Shown here piece after piece: positions 43,416 through 57,983 of a DNA stretch of 64,000 nt; positions within the stretch are counted from its first letter, which is position 1, and each line of letters begins with the position of its first letter. The notes under the pieces are model-generated. The model did no database searches, was not told the origin of the DNA, and saw only the letters and a program-made list of their open reading frames with translations. The stretch is taken from NCBI RefSeq assembly GCF_009914755.1, contig NC_060928.1; one strand, written 5' to 3'. Source of the DNA: the human T2T-CHM13v2.0 reference genome, Homo sapiens. Made by a program: the position numbers and the translations under genes.

Positions 43416-44417
43416 TTATCTTGGTTTCCTTACATCAAATGTTGTCAGATATTCATTTAACAGAAGACAATAGCTCAATATAGCTTAAAAAATTAAAATA
43501 CAGAATTCATCTGAAATAAATAAGATGTCAATACATCCCAGGTAAGTTGAACCGATATAGGACCAATTCTGAGTCGAATCTTAAGCAAATCAATCCTTGT
43601 GGTGGAAGAGCACAAAATAATTCTTTTTTATTTTGTGTATCTATTCATCCATTGATGGACATTTGGATTGCTTCCACCTCTTTGCTATTATGAATAGCAC
43701 CACTGTGAGCATGATTTATTTTAACAGATAGGTATATTTTTCATGTAGTGGTAACCATACTGTATGTACAATATAGTTCCTTTCTAATTTTAACATAGTG
43801 AATAATTTTAAATCCCTAATAATCAGAAAAGGTCCATTTTTTCATAATTTTTTTCACTTTGCCAACATCTATTTTCCCAAGATTAACAGTGGAATGCATA
43901 GCTCTTTTTTTCTTTAAGTAATACCATTACTCTAAGGAAAGCAGGACAACTTATAACTCATTTTCTCATTTTATTCTCTGTCCACAGTTGGTTGGGCTAA
44001 GTATTAATTCTATTGGTTTTCATGGAAATAAATTTAGGGAGGATTTTAGTTGATTGGTGAGGTTTTGAGCACTGTAATATAAACATGAACAGAGAGAATC
44101 CAGCACATTTGCAAGATTAAAAAGATGTGAGACCAGTAGACTCTTCTAACCCACAGCTATGGGTTAGAAACCAGGGTTATAAAATAAGAAAATATACTTT
44201 TTTGCAAAGGTTCTCTTTTAAAAAATATAAAGCCATAGAATTAAACAAATTATTTGAACCCTATCACTGGTATCTTAGCAGAATGACTGACGATTTTTTA
44301 ACACTGTAAAAAGTTACAGTCTTAGGTGTAGTTACAAAATTTTAGCTATTATTATCTATTTTTTAAAATTGAGATAAAATAATGTTATTTTATAGTTTTA
44401 TTTGATAATAACTACAC

Positions 44418-44793
44418 CATCTGTCTTCTCGGGCTGCTGAAACACCACACGATAGTCTCAGTGGCTTAAACAACAGAAATTTATTTTCTCACAGCTCTGA
44501 AGGCTGGAAAGTCCAAGATCAAGGATCCAGAAGGGTTTGATTTCTGCCAAGGGCTCTCATCTTTACTTATAAATAGTCATTTTTTGCTCTATCTACACAT
44601 TGGCAGAGGGATATAGAGATCTCTAGTGTCTCTTCTTTTTTATTATGGGCACTAGTCCATAGGATCAGTGTTCCACCTTTCTGACCTTATTTAATCTCAA
44701 ACTTCTCCTTAAAGGCCCTATCTCCAATACAGTCATATGGCATTTAGGGCCTCATTATATGAATTTGAGAGGCTCACAATTCATTCCATAGGA
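44418..44793 (-). mobile_element. MLT1A/B MaLR LTR
   Basis: gtggcttaaacaacagaaatttattttctcacagctctgaaggctgg..ggccctatctccaaatacagtca. Confidence 0.88.
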
Positions 44794-46689
44794 TGCCCCA
44801 AATCTTCATGTGTGGATAACTGTATCATCCATATAAAGTTTATGATAACATGCTCTGTAGAATGATGCATATAATAATTTGGAGTCTGATACTTAGGGTC
44901 TGGTATCACTTTTTTCAATTACTAGAACTACCTTTGCATAAAAATCAGTGAATATAGCCATTATTCCCATGTGAACTTGGTAAAAGCCATACTAGTCTAT
45001 GTATGCTTGATGGGCATTCCAGCATGAACAAGGCTTTAGATAATAGGGGAAGTTGGTAAAGAGAAATACTGAAGCTGGAGAAATACACCATTTTTGGTGT
45101 TACACTCAGTAAAGAATGACTGGAAAATTAAAATCCAGTAGTTAGAGAGCTGTAAGCATTAAAAACTTGTTCTCTGCTGGCTGAATTAATTTATTAGTGA
45201 GTAGAGCAAATTGAACTTCCTCTAGTCACAGAACCACAAGGAACCAGGTGGATTGCCATGTCATGGTGTGAGGAAGACACTGCTGTTTCGAATAAAACCC
45301 TTGTCACAATGGCGGATACTGAAGCTAGGTCTGATTCCTGGGGTGGTGGGAGGGAGCACTGATAATGGTTGCCTAAATGCTTTGGACACAGTCAAGCCAG
45401 ACAACAACTTTACTCACATGTATTAGAGAAGCACAATAAGATTTAGCTAGGAAAGGAGCAGTTTGGTGGAGACAAATGTGCCAAGGCTTTTAGATCACTT
45501 AAAAGGCTTAAGATAGAAGAAGAATTTGTTCAACATAAATGGAAGTAGATGGAATCCCTTTCTTCTCTCTAATCACTGACAGATGAGGACTATGGGGCCA
45601 CTTGGAGTCACAAGATTGAAGTTTTTTTGTTGTTTGCTTTAATAAAAAAATTCAAGCTTTCAACTTTTTAACATGTCCTTTGAGTTTTATAAACCTTGTT
45701 GTCTTTTTTTCCTCTTTTTTTTCTGATAATTTGTGTTCATTCTCTGAGTCTGAGATTAAACATCATATTTTCAGGAAAGCAAGTTAGATTTTAAAAAGCT
45801 TTTGTAGGAATAAAATTATTTGTGAAAACACTTATTAATTACAAGATCTCTTTTAGATTTCACAACGTGCTTTTTCCATATTCTGCTTCTAAACATAGTA
45901 CCTGACGAAGAACAGCATTTCAGTAATAGTTTTCCTGCCGGTAAATGAATGAAGCTGCATTGTTGTTGCATCGGAAGTAGGGCACAAGACATTTCAAAAT
46001 GAGTAACATTCACTATGTTATACCTAAAATCTTCACCTCTTCTCTGTTGTTATTTTCTTGTAAGTAAACAATTATTACTAATAATGTACTCTGACAGCTT
46101 GCTTCAACTTATTTCAATTGGTTATATCTCAATGTGAGTAGGACATTTTTAACAAATTGCAAATTTGATTGAGAATATATTTTGGGGAAAATTAGCCAAG
46201 TGTCACGGTTTTAGCAGAAATAAATTACTTTTTAAAATTGCGACTGATCTGTAAGGTGATCTTAAATGACTACTTTGACAGTGATAACATAGAGCAAATA
46301 TTAGTCATTGATTTGTGTCAAACAGTAGAATAGATTTTCATGCAAACACAATATTAACATGAGGGAAAATAAATATTTTACTCCAAAAAGGATTGAGAGT
46401 GACATGTTTTATTTTCATAGTGGTATACAATATTTTCCTTGAGAATAACATTATTTGTCCTATAAAATATAACATTTGTAACATAATTATTTCAAATTTT
46501 GCTTATTGTTTGTTATGGAGTTGTATTTCAGAAATAGACAAGTGAAGTATGGATTTAAAAATGTGTGGTGTCCAGGTATTCAAAAGCCTGGAGATCATCA
46601 AACTAATCTTATATTTATAGTTCACTTGAAAAGAATGAGAGTTCAGATATTTTCCCCAGTTTCAATTAGACCCTGTTCTCTCATAGATT

Positions 46690-46853
46690 GATTGCAAATT
46701 GAGTGCTTTTAAGACTCACGTGAGACTCTCTAAATACTCACCAAGAGATTTGGATTCAGTAGACCTCAGGGGAGGCCAGAACTTTATATTTTGTGAAAGA
46801 ACCCAGTTAACTTCAATGAAAGATGTCTGGCAAGTACATATTGAGAAAAGCTG
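46690..46853. mobile_element. MER5-type hAT-Charlie fossil
   Basis: agagatttggattcagtagacctcagggg..catattgagaaaagctg. Confidence 0.6.
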
Positions 46854-46890
46854 ATTTTAAAGCTTTATATTTTGATTTTTAAATGTATGT

Positions 46891-47030
46891 TATTTTTGAG
46901 ATGAGACCTTGCTCTGTCACCCAGGATAGAGTGTAGTGGCACCATCCTAGCTCACCAAATCCTCAAGCCATCCTTCCACCTTGGCCTCCCAAAGTGCTGG
47001 GATTACAGGTGTAAGCCACTGTGCCTGACT
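46891..47030 (-). mobile_element. Collapsed AluJ-like monomer (left-arm 5' part fused to right-arm 3' part)
   Basis: Right-arm gctctgtcacccaggatagagtgtagtggc is joined directly to left-arm ttggcctcccaaagtgctgggattacagg. Confidence 0.85.
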
Positions 47031-47129
47031 TGTTGTATTTTTAATATTACATTTTCTTATGATATAACATAGTGTGAACATTTCAATGGATTTGTGGAAG
47101 ACTGATGACTACCAAAAGAAAATAAGTCA

Positions 47130-47503
<374 letters not shown>

Positions 47504-48159
47504 TCAATTTTTTTCAGGAAAATTATCTTTAACATATGCCAAGAAATGGGGAACTTTTCAAGTTGTATAATTAAATATTTTTCATTAAAGGACATTCAAA
47601 CTTATAGTTGTGCTCAATGTATTCAGCAACTACTGCTTTCGTGGAAAATGTATCTGTTAAGTTGGTCTCATCAGCAAAATCTTTGCCACTTAGATTTATC
47701 TGCATTAAATTAAATTAAAATTTTAAACTTCAAAATCCAAACCAAGAATATCTCCTGATATCTTTGTGAGTGTAATTCCTTTTTGTAGAGGTGGAGCTAT
47801 CATAAATAAAGCAAGTGATCCCTATTCTACCAGAGAAAATAAAACGAATATAAGAACTTGTAATTTGCACCCCCCTTTTAAAAAATTTCAGGAGAAGAAA
47901 CACGTTTTGCCTTCCTGGATATAATATTATTTAGCATGTTATAATATAGAGGGAAGAGTTTAGAAAATGCATGTTTTTCATGATTTGGAGATTTTTACTT
48001 GTATCCTTTCATCTTTATCATGGTCCCTTGCGTACAAATATCATTACTATTGAGGTATTTCAGGATTCAAAGTTATGATTTGGGCATTTGATTTAGCTTT
48101 GATTTTTTTTTTTGGAAGGCAGCATAATAGTTGCTTGGACAGATGATGTATTTGAGTGA

Positions 48160-48350
48160 GTCACACTAGAGATCAAATTGCAGTTATATTATTTATTGGA
48201 TTTATGGTCAAGGCTTATTGAGATTTAATTTCAAACATCAAAAATGGGAATGATAATAATTCCTTTCATGATTACTAAGAACAATAAAGATAATGTGCCT
48301 AAATATCTGGCCGCAGTAAATGTGTATAACATATTGGCTATCAATAGTAT
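48160..48350 (+). mobile_element. MIR fragment
   Basis: catcaaaaatgggaatgataataattcctttcatga core. Confidence 0.55.
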
Positions 48351-48979
48351 TAGTAGTAGTACACTAATGTTTAAAACATCTTAATACACAATAAAGGGCG
48401 TTGATTTTAAAGTTATGTTTGAAAATGCTAAAAAATTAAAAAATTAAATTTTGTCACAAAATACTTTTCCCTATGAAGCAGGAAGCACATTGATAGTTTT
48501 CATATTTTCAAAATGTATAAGCAGTCTGTGACCTTATAACTTAAGTATTATCATGAGGTCATAAATATGCTCTACAAAACTGTTTAGTTTCTTTCTACTT
48601 GGAAGCACAAAAGCATTTGTTTTCCTTCTGATGCTTGATACAAAATGCTTATTAGTAAAGATACTGGCAGATATGGTAGCAGACATTGGATAGACGAAAT
48701 ACTATTGCCTGCCGCTGAATCATGACAAGAATCCTTTAGTAAGTGCATTTCAGGAAGATGTTCATTAAAAAATAAATAAATAAATTTAACTTAAACTTAA
48801 GGGCCTCAATCCTTGACATTTTAATACTTCAGCTTTTACATATTATTTTAGAAGTTGAACTTTCACTTATTTGCATAAACAATTTAAAAGGCCTAAAATA
48901 GTCATCATTCAGTTAAAAGTTTTCTATAATTAATTGTTAATTGATATAACTAATACTTAATTACTGGGGTGACCTATGA

Positions 48980-49675
<696 letters not shown>

Positions 49676-50631
49676 GAATATATTTATAAAATGTAACTTA
49701 TGTAATTAATTTGTATTCTTTAATAAATTTAGCAAACATTCATACATTTTGAAGATATTATAGGATTAGGGAAAACATGCTAATAAATTGCAACATTTCT
49801 ATACAATTTTTTAAATTTTGAAAGACAAACATGTAAAGGGATATTGCATACTAAGTAAAAAACTTAAATTGGAAGTAAGGTTTATGTAAAAATAAAACCA
49901 ATGAAACTGATCAGATAGCATAGAAACTTGTTTCCAATGACTTTGTTGGATGCAGTTGACTTCATGTTACTTTTTAAAAATCTATTTAGTAATTTTTTTA
50001 AACAAAAGTGAAGTTTGAATCACAATTACATTGATGGACTAACACAGTACTGCTTTTTTACATTTGGTATTAATATATAGAGGATGTATCTTTAAAAATC
50101 AATCTGTTTTTGCATTTATCATAATATATTAAAAACACTTTAGAAATTATTTATTTATTTATGTAAATTGCCTTCCATGCTTAGTCATCAGTTAAATAAC
50201 CAAAATTTTGGTTAATATTAATCAAGATATTTTATTTTTTATTTATAAAGTAAAATATCTGCAACTTAACTATAATAATGCTTATGCATGTATTCAATCA
50301 GTTGTATAACATGATATTGCGTAACGATATCCCCATTATTATCTAGTAAGAGTATATTGTGCAAGAAAATAATCAAATTAATATTATCAGTCTTAAGATC
50401 TTCAATGACTTAATTTATCCAATATGCAATATATTTTCTGATCATTTGAAAGGGGAAAAATAATCTGAGTAATAATTCGTTACCTCTGTTATTATATGAT
50501 TCATTGTTAATGCAGCACAATTTGCATCTGAATATTTGTAGTCTAGCACGGAGTTTGAAAAATGTAAGTAAAACATACTATTCAAGTAAGTATCTTCTTT
50601 GGGATTCTTAAGAATTAATTAATTTGATTCA

Positions 50632-50982
<351 letters not shown>

Positions 50983-51489
50983 TTAAGTAGTTATTCATAC
51001 ACAGTGTAATTGTTTGTTGGTAGACATCAGGAATATAAGGTCAATGATCATGGATTTATTCCAATAAGAGAAATTTTATGGAAACTAAAAATATATAGCA
51101 TGCTTATTTTATTTCACTTTTGGCTTGGTATCTAATATAGGAAAACATTCAATTTATTTAGTTTTCAAATAAAAATTATATAAAATTGGAAACCATTCTT
51201 GATAGCTGTTCTTTGTAATTATGTAGTTTCTAAGTGAAATAATTTAGTATTTTTTTTGTGTGTGTGGAACCTCTACCTACATTTTAAACTGTGTAGGAGA
51301 TTTGATCTGGCTGGCACCAAGGGAAAGTTTTATGAATGTTCAAAATGTTGCCTAGTATGACTATTTTTAATTTGTTGAATTAAATGTTATTTGTTTAGAA
51401 TATAATCGCATCATGTTTAAGATTACTTAATCTGGTGAAATAGGTATCACTTAGATGTTGATAATTTAATTGCTAAGTAAGAAGAAGAA

Positions 51490-51690
51490 AAGCAGTTAGG
51501 ATTTACTAAACATTTATCATGTGCCAAAAACTGTGCTTAGCCATCGGCATACATTATAATCCTCACAGAATCCCTGATAAATAGTCATTGTTATGCTTTT
51601 TTATATATGAAGAAAAAAGAAAGTTGCCAATGGTATGGTTGTCATAGTTTTATAAGTAGCAGCTTGAAGTTTTAGCCTTACTTATCTTGT
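51490..51690 (-). mobile_element. MIR fragment
   Basis: catttatcatgtgccaaaaactgtgct..taatcctcacagaatccctg. Confidence 0.6.
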
Positions 51691-51828
51691 TTTAAAAATA
51701 TGTTGAATATACAAAATAATAGACTCATAACTCACTTGATAGAATTAATAGTTTCTTTATCTGTAACATTCTGACGCCCAGTATCTAGAGAGAAATGAGA
51801 CACTGTTACAGTCTAAAGAGTGGTTTTT

Positions 51829-52099
51829 GGCCAAGTGTAGTGGCTCAGGCGTGTAATCCCAGCACTTTGTGAGGCAGAGGTGGGCAGATTGCTTGAGCTC
51901 AGGAGTTTGAGACCAGCCTAGGCAACATGGAGAAACCTTGTCTCTAAAACAATACAACAACAAAAAATTAGCGAGACATGGTGGCATGCACCTGTGGAGC
52001 TACTAGGGAGGGTGAGGCAAGAGGATCCTTTGAGACCAGGAGGTGGAGGTTGCAGTGCACTCCAGCCTCTGTGACAGAGGGATAACCCTTCTCAAAAAA
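51829..52099 (+). mobile_element. AluJ element
   Basis: gattgcttgagctcaggagtttgagaccagcctaggcaacatgg. Confidence 0.93.
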
Positions 52100-52167
52100 C
52101 ACAATTTTACAGATTGACTACAATCAATTTTTCAGGTTGCCCCACACCTCAAACAAATTAGTTCTTT

Positions 52168-52590
52168 TGAAAACAACCCAATTGCCCCATAGACTGATCT
52201 TTTTGATAAACATAGAAATTGACCCTTCTAGTCTTAAAAAGCTTGAAACTTTTTTTTTGTTTTGTTTTATCTGAGTTCCTTTCTCAGGAAATGACCTTTA
52301 GACCTCTCACAAAAAGCACAAAAAACTGGAACCAGATCACCACACCAGATGCTGAACTCTTCATTTGCCATGATTGCTTCCTTGCCCCTCCCATGTTCCT
52401 GCTTTCTTACACATTGTTACACTTCTTGCTTGCTATATAAACCCCTGGTTTTAGTCAGTCAGGGAGACGGATTTGAGACTGATCTCCTATCTGCTTCCTG
52501 CAATGCCCAATTAAAGACTTCTTCCTTGGCAATACTTGTCATCTCAGTGATCAGCTTTCTATGTGGCATTAACTAAAAACTACACAGAAT
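52168..52590 (+). mobile_element. LTR47-type solo LTR
   Basis: tgaaaacaacccaattgccccatag..aaacatagaaattgaccctt..tatctgagttcctttctcaggaaa; TATA tatataaa ~52434; attaaa ~52510. Confidence 0.75.
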
Positions 52591-53256
52591 GACTTGGTTT
52601 ATTATGGTTTATCTTTAAAAATACACCTATTTGAAAATATATAACACAATCTATGATTACTCATAAATATTATACAAAGGAAAATGCTTGCAGAAAGCCC
52701 AGTAAGACAAATGGACTATATATTAAGTTTAAAGAATTTATTTATAAAATTTCCTTTTATTGTGTTAATAGCATTGAACTATATTTTGTTAAAATTTGAG
52801 AATTTTATGTCATTGAATATTATTATAAAGGAAATTTCTTAATTTTGTCATCATTTTTTTTCAGTTAAGAGCTTCCTGGAATTGTAATAAATTATATACC
52901 ATAAATTTTTTTATCCATGACAGAAAATGTCATGAGATAAAATATGCTTTACATATCTCACATTTAACACAACTATTCTGAAATTACAACATGTTTTCCT
53001 TATTCAGACCAACTGTAGGCAGCCATAATTGATAACATTCTGTTGCTTACTCTGAGTTTTAATTTGAAACATTGCAATTGTAACGTCTGCTATTTCCTTT
53101 CAACCTCTAACCTCACCTCTAAACAATAATATGCTTTGTATGTAATGAGACATTATCTGTCAGTGACACAAAGATGCAATACGCCCCTTGAGAAGAGAAA
53201 CATCACCTAGCATCTAGAACTTGGTATTAGTTTCTAATACCATACTCCACTGAAAG

Positions 53257-54796
53257 TGAGATATGACAACGTGCTGGCGGCCCTCGCTCACTCTCAGCAC
53301 CTAGTCAGCCTCGGCATCTGCTCTGGCCACACTTGAGGAGCCCTTCAGCCCACTGCTGCACTGTGGGAGCACGTCTCTGGGCTTGCAGAGGCTGGAGCTG
53401 GCTCCCTCTGCTTGCAGGGAGGTGTGGAGGGAGAGATACGGGTGGGAACCAGGGCTGCGCATGGAGCTTGCGGGCCAGCACGAGTTCCAGGTGGGTGTGG
53501 GCTCGGTGGGCCCCACACTTGGAGTGGCTCACCAGCACCACCAGCCCCAAGCAGTGAGGGGCTTAGCACCTGGGCCAGCAGCTGCAGAGGGGGTGCCAGG
53601 TCCCCCAGCACTGCTGGCCCGCCCGCACCACGCTCGAATTCTCACCAGGCCTGAGCAGCCTCCCCATGGGGCAGGGCTCGGGACCTGCAGCCCGCCATGC
53701 CTGAGTCCCCCCACGCAGTGGGCTCCCACATGTCCTGAGCCTCCCTGATGGGCACCGACCCCTACTCTGCAGCACCCAGTCCCATCGACCACCCAAGGGC
53801 TGAGGAGTGAAGGAGTGTGGCGTGGGACTGGTGGGCAGCTCCGCCCGCAGCCCTGGTGCGGGATCCACTAGGCAAAGCCAGCTGGGCTCCTGAGTTGGGT
53901 AGGACTTGGAGAACCTTTATGTCTAGCTAAAGGATTGTAAACATATGAATCAGCACCCTGTGTCTAGCTCAAGGTTTGTAAATGCACCAATCAGTGCTCT
54001 GTGTCTAGCTAATCTAGTGGGGACTTGGAGAACCTTTATGTCTAGCTAAAGGATTGTAAATAGACAAATCAGCACTCTGTGTCTAGCTCAAGGTTTGTAA
54101 ACACACCAGTCAGCACTCTGTGTCTGGCTCAAGGTTTGTAAATGCACCAATCAGCACTCTGTGTCTAGCTAAAGGTTTGTAAATGCACCAATCAGTGCTC
54201 TGTGTCTAGCTAATCTAGTGGGGACTTGGAGAACTTTTATGTCTAGCTAGAGGATAGTACATGCACCAGTCAGCACTCTGTGTCTAGCTCAGGGATTATA
54301 AACACACCAATCAGCACCCTGTCAAAATGGACCAATCATTTTGACAATCTCTGTAAATTGACCAATCATTTTGACAATCTCTGTAAAATAGACCAATCAG
54401 CTCTCTGTAAAATAGGCCAATCAGCTGGATGTGGGTGTGGTCAGATAAGGGAATAAAAGCAGGTTGCCTGAGCCAGCAGCGGCAACATGCTCGGGTCCCC
54501 TTCCACACTGTGGAAGGTTTGTTCTTTCACTGTTTGCAATAAATCTTGCTGCTGTTCACTCTTTGGGACTGCACTGCCTTTATGAGCTTTAACACTCACC
54601 GCGAAGGTCTGCAGGTTCACTTCTGAGCCCAGCGAGACCATGAACCCACCAGAAGGAAGAAACTCTGAACACATCCGAACATCAGAAGAAACAAACTCTG
54701 GACACACTATCTTTAAGAACTGTAAAACTCACTGTGAGGGTCCTCGGCTTCATTCTTGAAGTCAGTGAGACCAAGAACACACCAATTTCAGACACA
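53257..54796 (+). mobile_element. 5' LTR12 (long type, 1540 bp)
   Basis: Starts tgagatatgacaacgtgctggc and ends accaatttcagacaca. Confidence 0.96.
53900..54460 (+). promoter_or_regulatory. LTR12 U3 enhancer/promoter: ~41-bp tandem CCAAT (NF-Y) units, GATA site and AATAAA TATA-like box
   Basis: Repeated tctagct..gtaaa..caccaatcagc units; agataa ~54443-54448; aataaa 54452-54457. Activity is inferred from the family, not shown by the sequence. Confidence 0.75.
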
Positions 54797-54799
54797 TTT

Positions 54800-54816
54800 T
54801 GGTGACCATGAAGGGA
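54800..54816 (+). other. Primer binding site, tRNA-Arg type
   Basis: tggtgaccatgaaggga just 3' of the LTR is a CpG-decayed TGGCGACCACGAAGGGA. Confidence 0.85.
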
Positions 54817-56152
54817 ATATTGCCTATCGCAAAGTGGTGAGACTATGGCCAAGTGGTGAGACCATCGCCTACCGCCAAGCGGTGAGACTATCGCCTATCA
54901 CCAAGCGGTGAGACTGTCACCTATCACCAAGCAGTGAGTACCATTGGACCCCTTTCACTTGCTATTCTATCTTATTTTTCCCTAGAATTAGGGGGCTAAA
55001 TACCAGGTACCTGTCGGCCAGTTAAAAACAACTAGCGCGGCTGATGGACTAAAGACATGGGTGTCAGGCTTTCTGGGAAAGGGCTCTCTAACAACCCCCG
55101 ACTCTTCGGAGTTGGGAGCATTGGTTTGCCTAGAACCAGCTTCTGCTGTTCCTGTACTTCTGGGCTGAGCCAAGGGTTGACAGAGAGGAAAGCCATGCAG
55201 CTCCACGGTCCCAACAACAGTTGGTTGACCCTGCGACCATGAGCGGAACTCTCAAAGGCATGTCATCCAAGCAAGACTCGCCCATATATCCTATCTATCC
55301 TGACCCTTGCCCCTGGGTTCTAAAGCCTGCCAGACAAACTTCCTCTTGCCTCTCTTCTCCGAGGTTAGTCCTGCTTCTAAAAATCACTCCCTGTCTCCGG
55401 TGCTTTTCTAGTTTCTCCTATAAGAATGATTTCTAATATAAACTCCAAGACTCTGTTACCTTCTTTAGGCACCCTGGCTCACCAATCAGAAAGATATAAT
55501 TTTTGCCCAAAGCGCCATCACAGGGGGGACTACACGGAATTTTAGGATCCCTCCTCAGACTAACAGGCCTAACAAAAGCTATTCCTGAAGCTAGGATATG
55601 GGGAGCCTCAGAAATTGTATCGTTCCTATTCACATAAGTGAGGACAAAAGGTGTCATTCTTCCAACTCTGGAGATCCCGTCCCTCCCTCAGGGTATGGCC
55701 CTCCACTTCATTTTTTGGGCATAACATCTTTATAGGACATGGGAAAGGTCCCAATATTAACAAGAGAATACTTAGGACTCTAACAGGTTTTCGAGAATGC
55801 ATCAGTAAGGGCCACTAAATCCGATTTTTCTCAGTCCTCCTTGTGGTCTAGGAGGACAGGCAAAGGTGCAGGATTTTGAGAATGCGTTGGTAAGGGCCAC
55901 TAAATCTGACCTTCCTTGGTCCTCCGTGTTGTCTGTGAGGAAAACTAGTGTTTCTGCTGCTGCGTCAGTGAGCACAACTATTCTGATCAGCAGGGTCCAG
56001 GGACCATTGCGCGTTCTTGGGCAGAGGTTGTTTCTGCTGCTGCATCGGTGAGCGCAACTATTCTGATCAGCAGGGTCCAGGGACCGTTGCAGGTTCTTGG
56101 GCAGGGGGAGAAAAAAAACAAACCAAAAACTGTGGGCCGTTTTGTCTTTCAG

Positions 56153-57610
56153 ATGGGAAACACTCAGGCATCAACAGGCTCACCCTTGAAATGCATCCTA
56201 AGCCATTGGGACAAATTTGACCCGCAAACCCTGAAAAAGAGGCAGCTCATTTTTTACTGCACTACGGCCTGGCCCCAATATTCTCTCTCTGATGGGAAAA
56301 AATGGCCACCTGAAGGAAGTATGAATTAAAATACTATCCTGCAGCTTGACCTTTTCTGTAAGAGGGAAGGCAAATGGAGTGAAATACCTTATGTCCAAGC
56401 TTTCTTTTCATTGAGGGAGAAAACACCACTGTGCAAAGCTTGCAATTTACATGCCACAGGAGGACCTTTCAGCTTACCCTCATATCCTAGCCTCCCTGTA
56501 TCTCCCCTTCCTATTAGTGATAATTCTCCTCTAATCTCCTCTGCCCATAAGGAAATAAGCAACGAAATATCCAAAGGACCACAACCCCCAAGGCTATCAG
56601 TTATGTCCCCTTCAAGCTGTAAGGGGAGGGGATTGTGCCCAACCTGGGTACATGTCCTCTTCTCCCTCTCTGACTTAAAGCAGATCAAGGCAGACCTGGC
56701 ATAGTTTTCAGATGATCCTGATAGGTACATAGATGTCCTACAAGGTCTGGGACAAACCTTCAACCTCACTTGGAGAGATCTCACGCTACTGTTAGAACAA
56801 ACCCTGGCCTTTAATGAAAAGAATGTGGCTTTAGTTGCAGCCCGAGAATTTGGAGATACCTGGTATCTTAGTCAAGTAAATGATAGAATGACAGCTGAAG
56901 AAAGGGATAAATTCCCTACTGGTCAGCAAGCCATCTCCAGTATGGATCCCCACTGGGACCTTGACTCAGATCATGGGGACTGGAGTCATAAACATCTGTT
57001 GACCTGTGTTCTAGAAGGATGAAGGAGAATTATAATAAAGCCCATGAATTATTCAATGATGTCCACCATAACTCAGGGAAAGGAAGATAATCCTTCTGCT
57101 TCCCTTGAGCAGCTACGGGAGGCCTTAAGAAAATATACTCCCCTGTCACCCAAATCACTTGAGGGTCAATTGATTCTAAAAGATAAGTTTATTACCCTAT
57201 CAGCCACAGATATCAGGAGGAAGCTCCAAAAGCGAGCCCTGGACCCTGAACAAAATTTGGAGGCATTAATAAACCTGGCAACCTTGGTGTTCTATAATAG
57301 GGACCAAGAGGAACAGTCCCAAAAGGAAAAGTGAGATCAGAGAAAGGCTGCAGCCTTAGTCATGGCCCTCAGACAAACAAACCTTGGTGGTTCAGAGAGG
57401 ACAGAAAGTGGAGCAGGCCAATCACCTGGTAAGGCTTGTTATCAGTTTGGTTTACTATGACAATTTAAAAAAGATTGTCCAGTGAGAAACAAGCTGCCCC
57501 CTCATCCATGTCCACTATGCCAATGCAATCACTGGAAGGTACACTGTCCCAGACGATGAAGGCTCTCTGGGTCAGAAGCCCCCAACCAGATGATCAAACA
57601 ACAGGACTTA
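56153..57610 (+). pseudogene. gag: ERV9 gag, disrupted by stops and frameshifts
   Basis: MGNTQAS myristoylation-type start; WPPEGS; major homology region ITQGKEDNP..LREAL; Cys-His box CPLCQCNHWKVHC at ~57509-57547. Confidence 0.92.
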
Positions 57611-57983
57611 GGGTGCCTGGGGCAAGCACCAGCTCATGTCATCACTCTCTCCGAGCCCCAGGTATGTTTAACCATTGAGGGCCAGGAAATTGACTTCCTC
57701 CTGGACAGTGGCACGGCCTTCTCAGTGTTAATCTCCTGTCCTGGATGACTGTCCTCAAGGTCCATTACAGCTGAGGAATCCTGGGACAGCCTGTAACCAG
57801 GTATTTCTCCCACCTCCTCAGTTGTAATTGGGAGACTTTGCTCTTTTCACATGCTTTTCTTGTTATGCCTGAAAGTCCCACACGCTTTTTAGGGAGGGAT
57901 ATATTAGCCAAGGCTGGAGCTATTATCCACATGACTATGGGAACAAGTTACCCATTTTTTGTCCCCTACTTGAGGAGGGAATC
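57611..57983 (+). pseudogene. pro: ERV9 protease, disrupted
   Basis: FLLDSGTAFSVL active-site motif at ~57695-57730; FLVMPESPTRFLGRDIL. Confidence 0.9.

Noticed and set aside
53900-54945. Regularly spaced repeats resembling a CRISPR array
   Set aside because: They are LTR12 U3 and leader tandem repeats without unique spacers, in primate DNA with no cas genes.
55780-56104. Two pairs of direct repeats (~60 bp and ~76 bp) in the proviral leader
   Set aside because: As far as I recall these are normal features of the ERV9 leader, not locus-specific.
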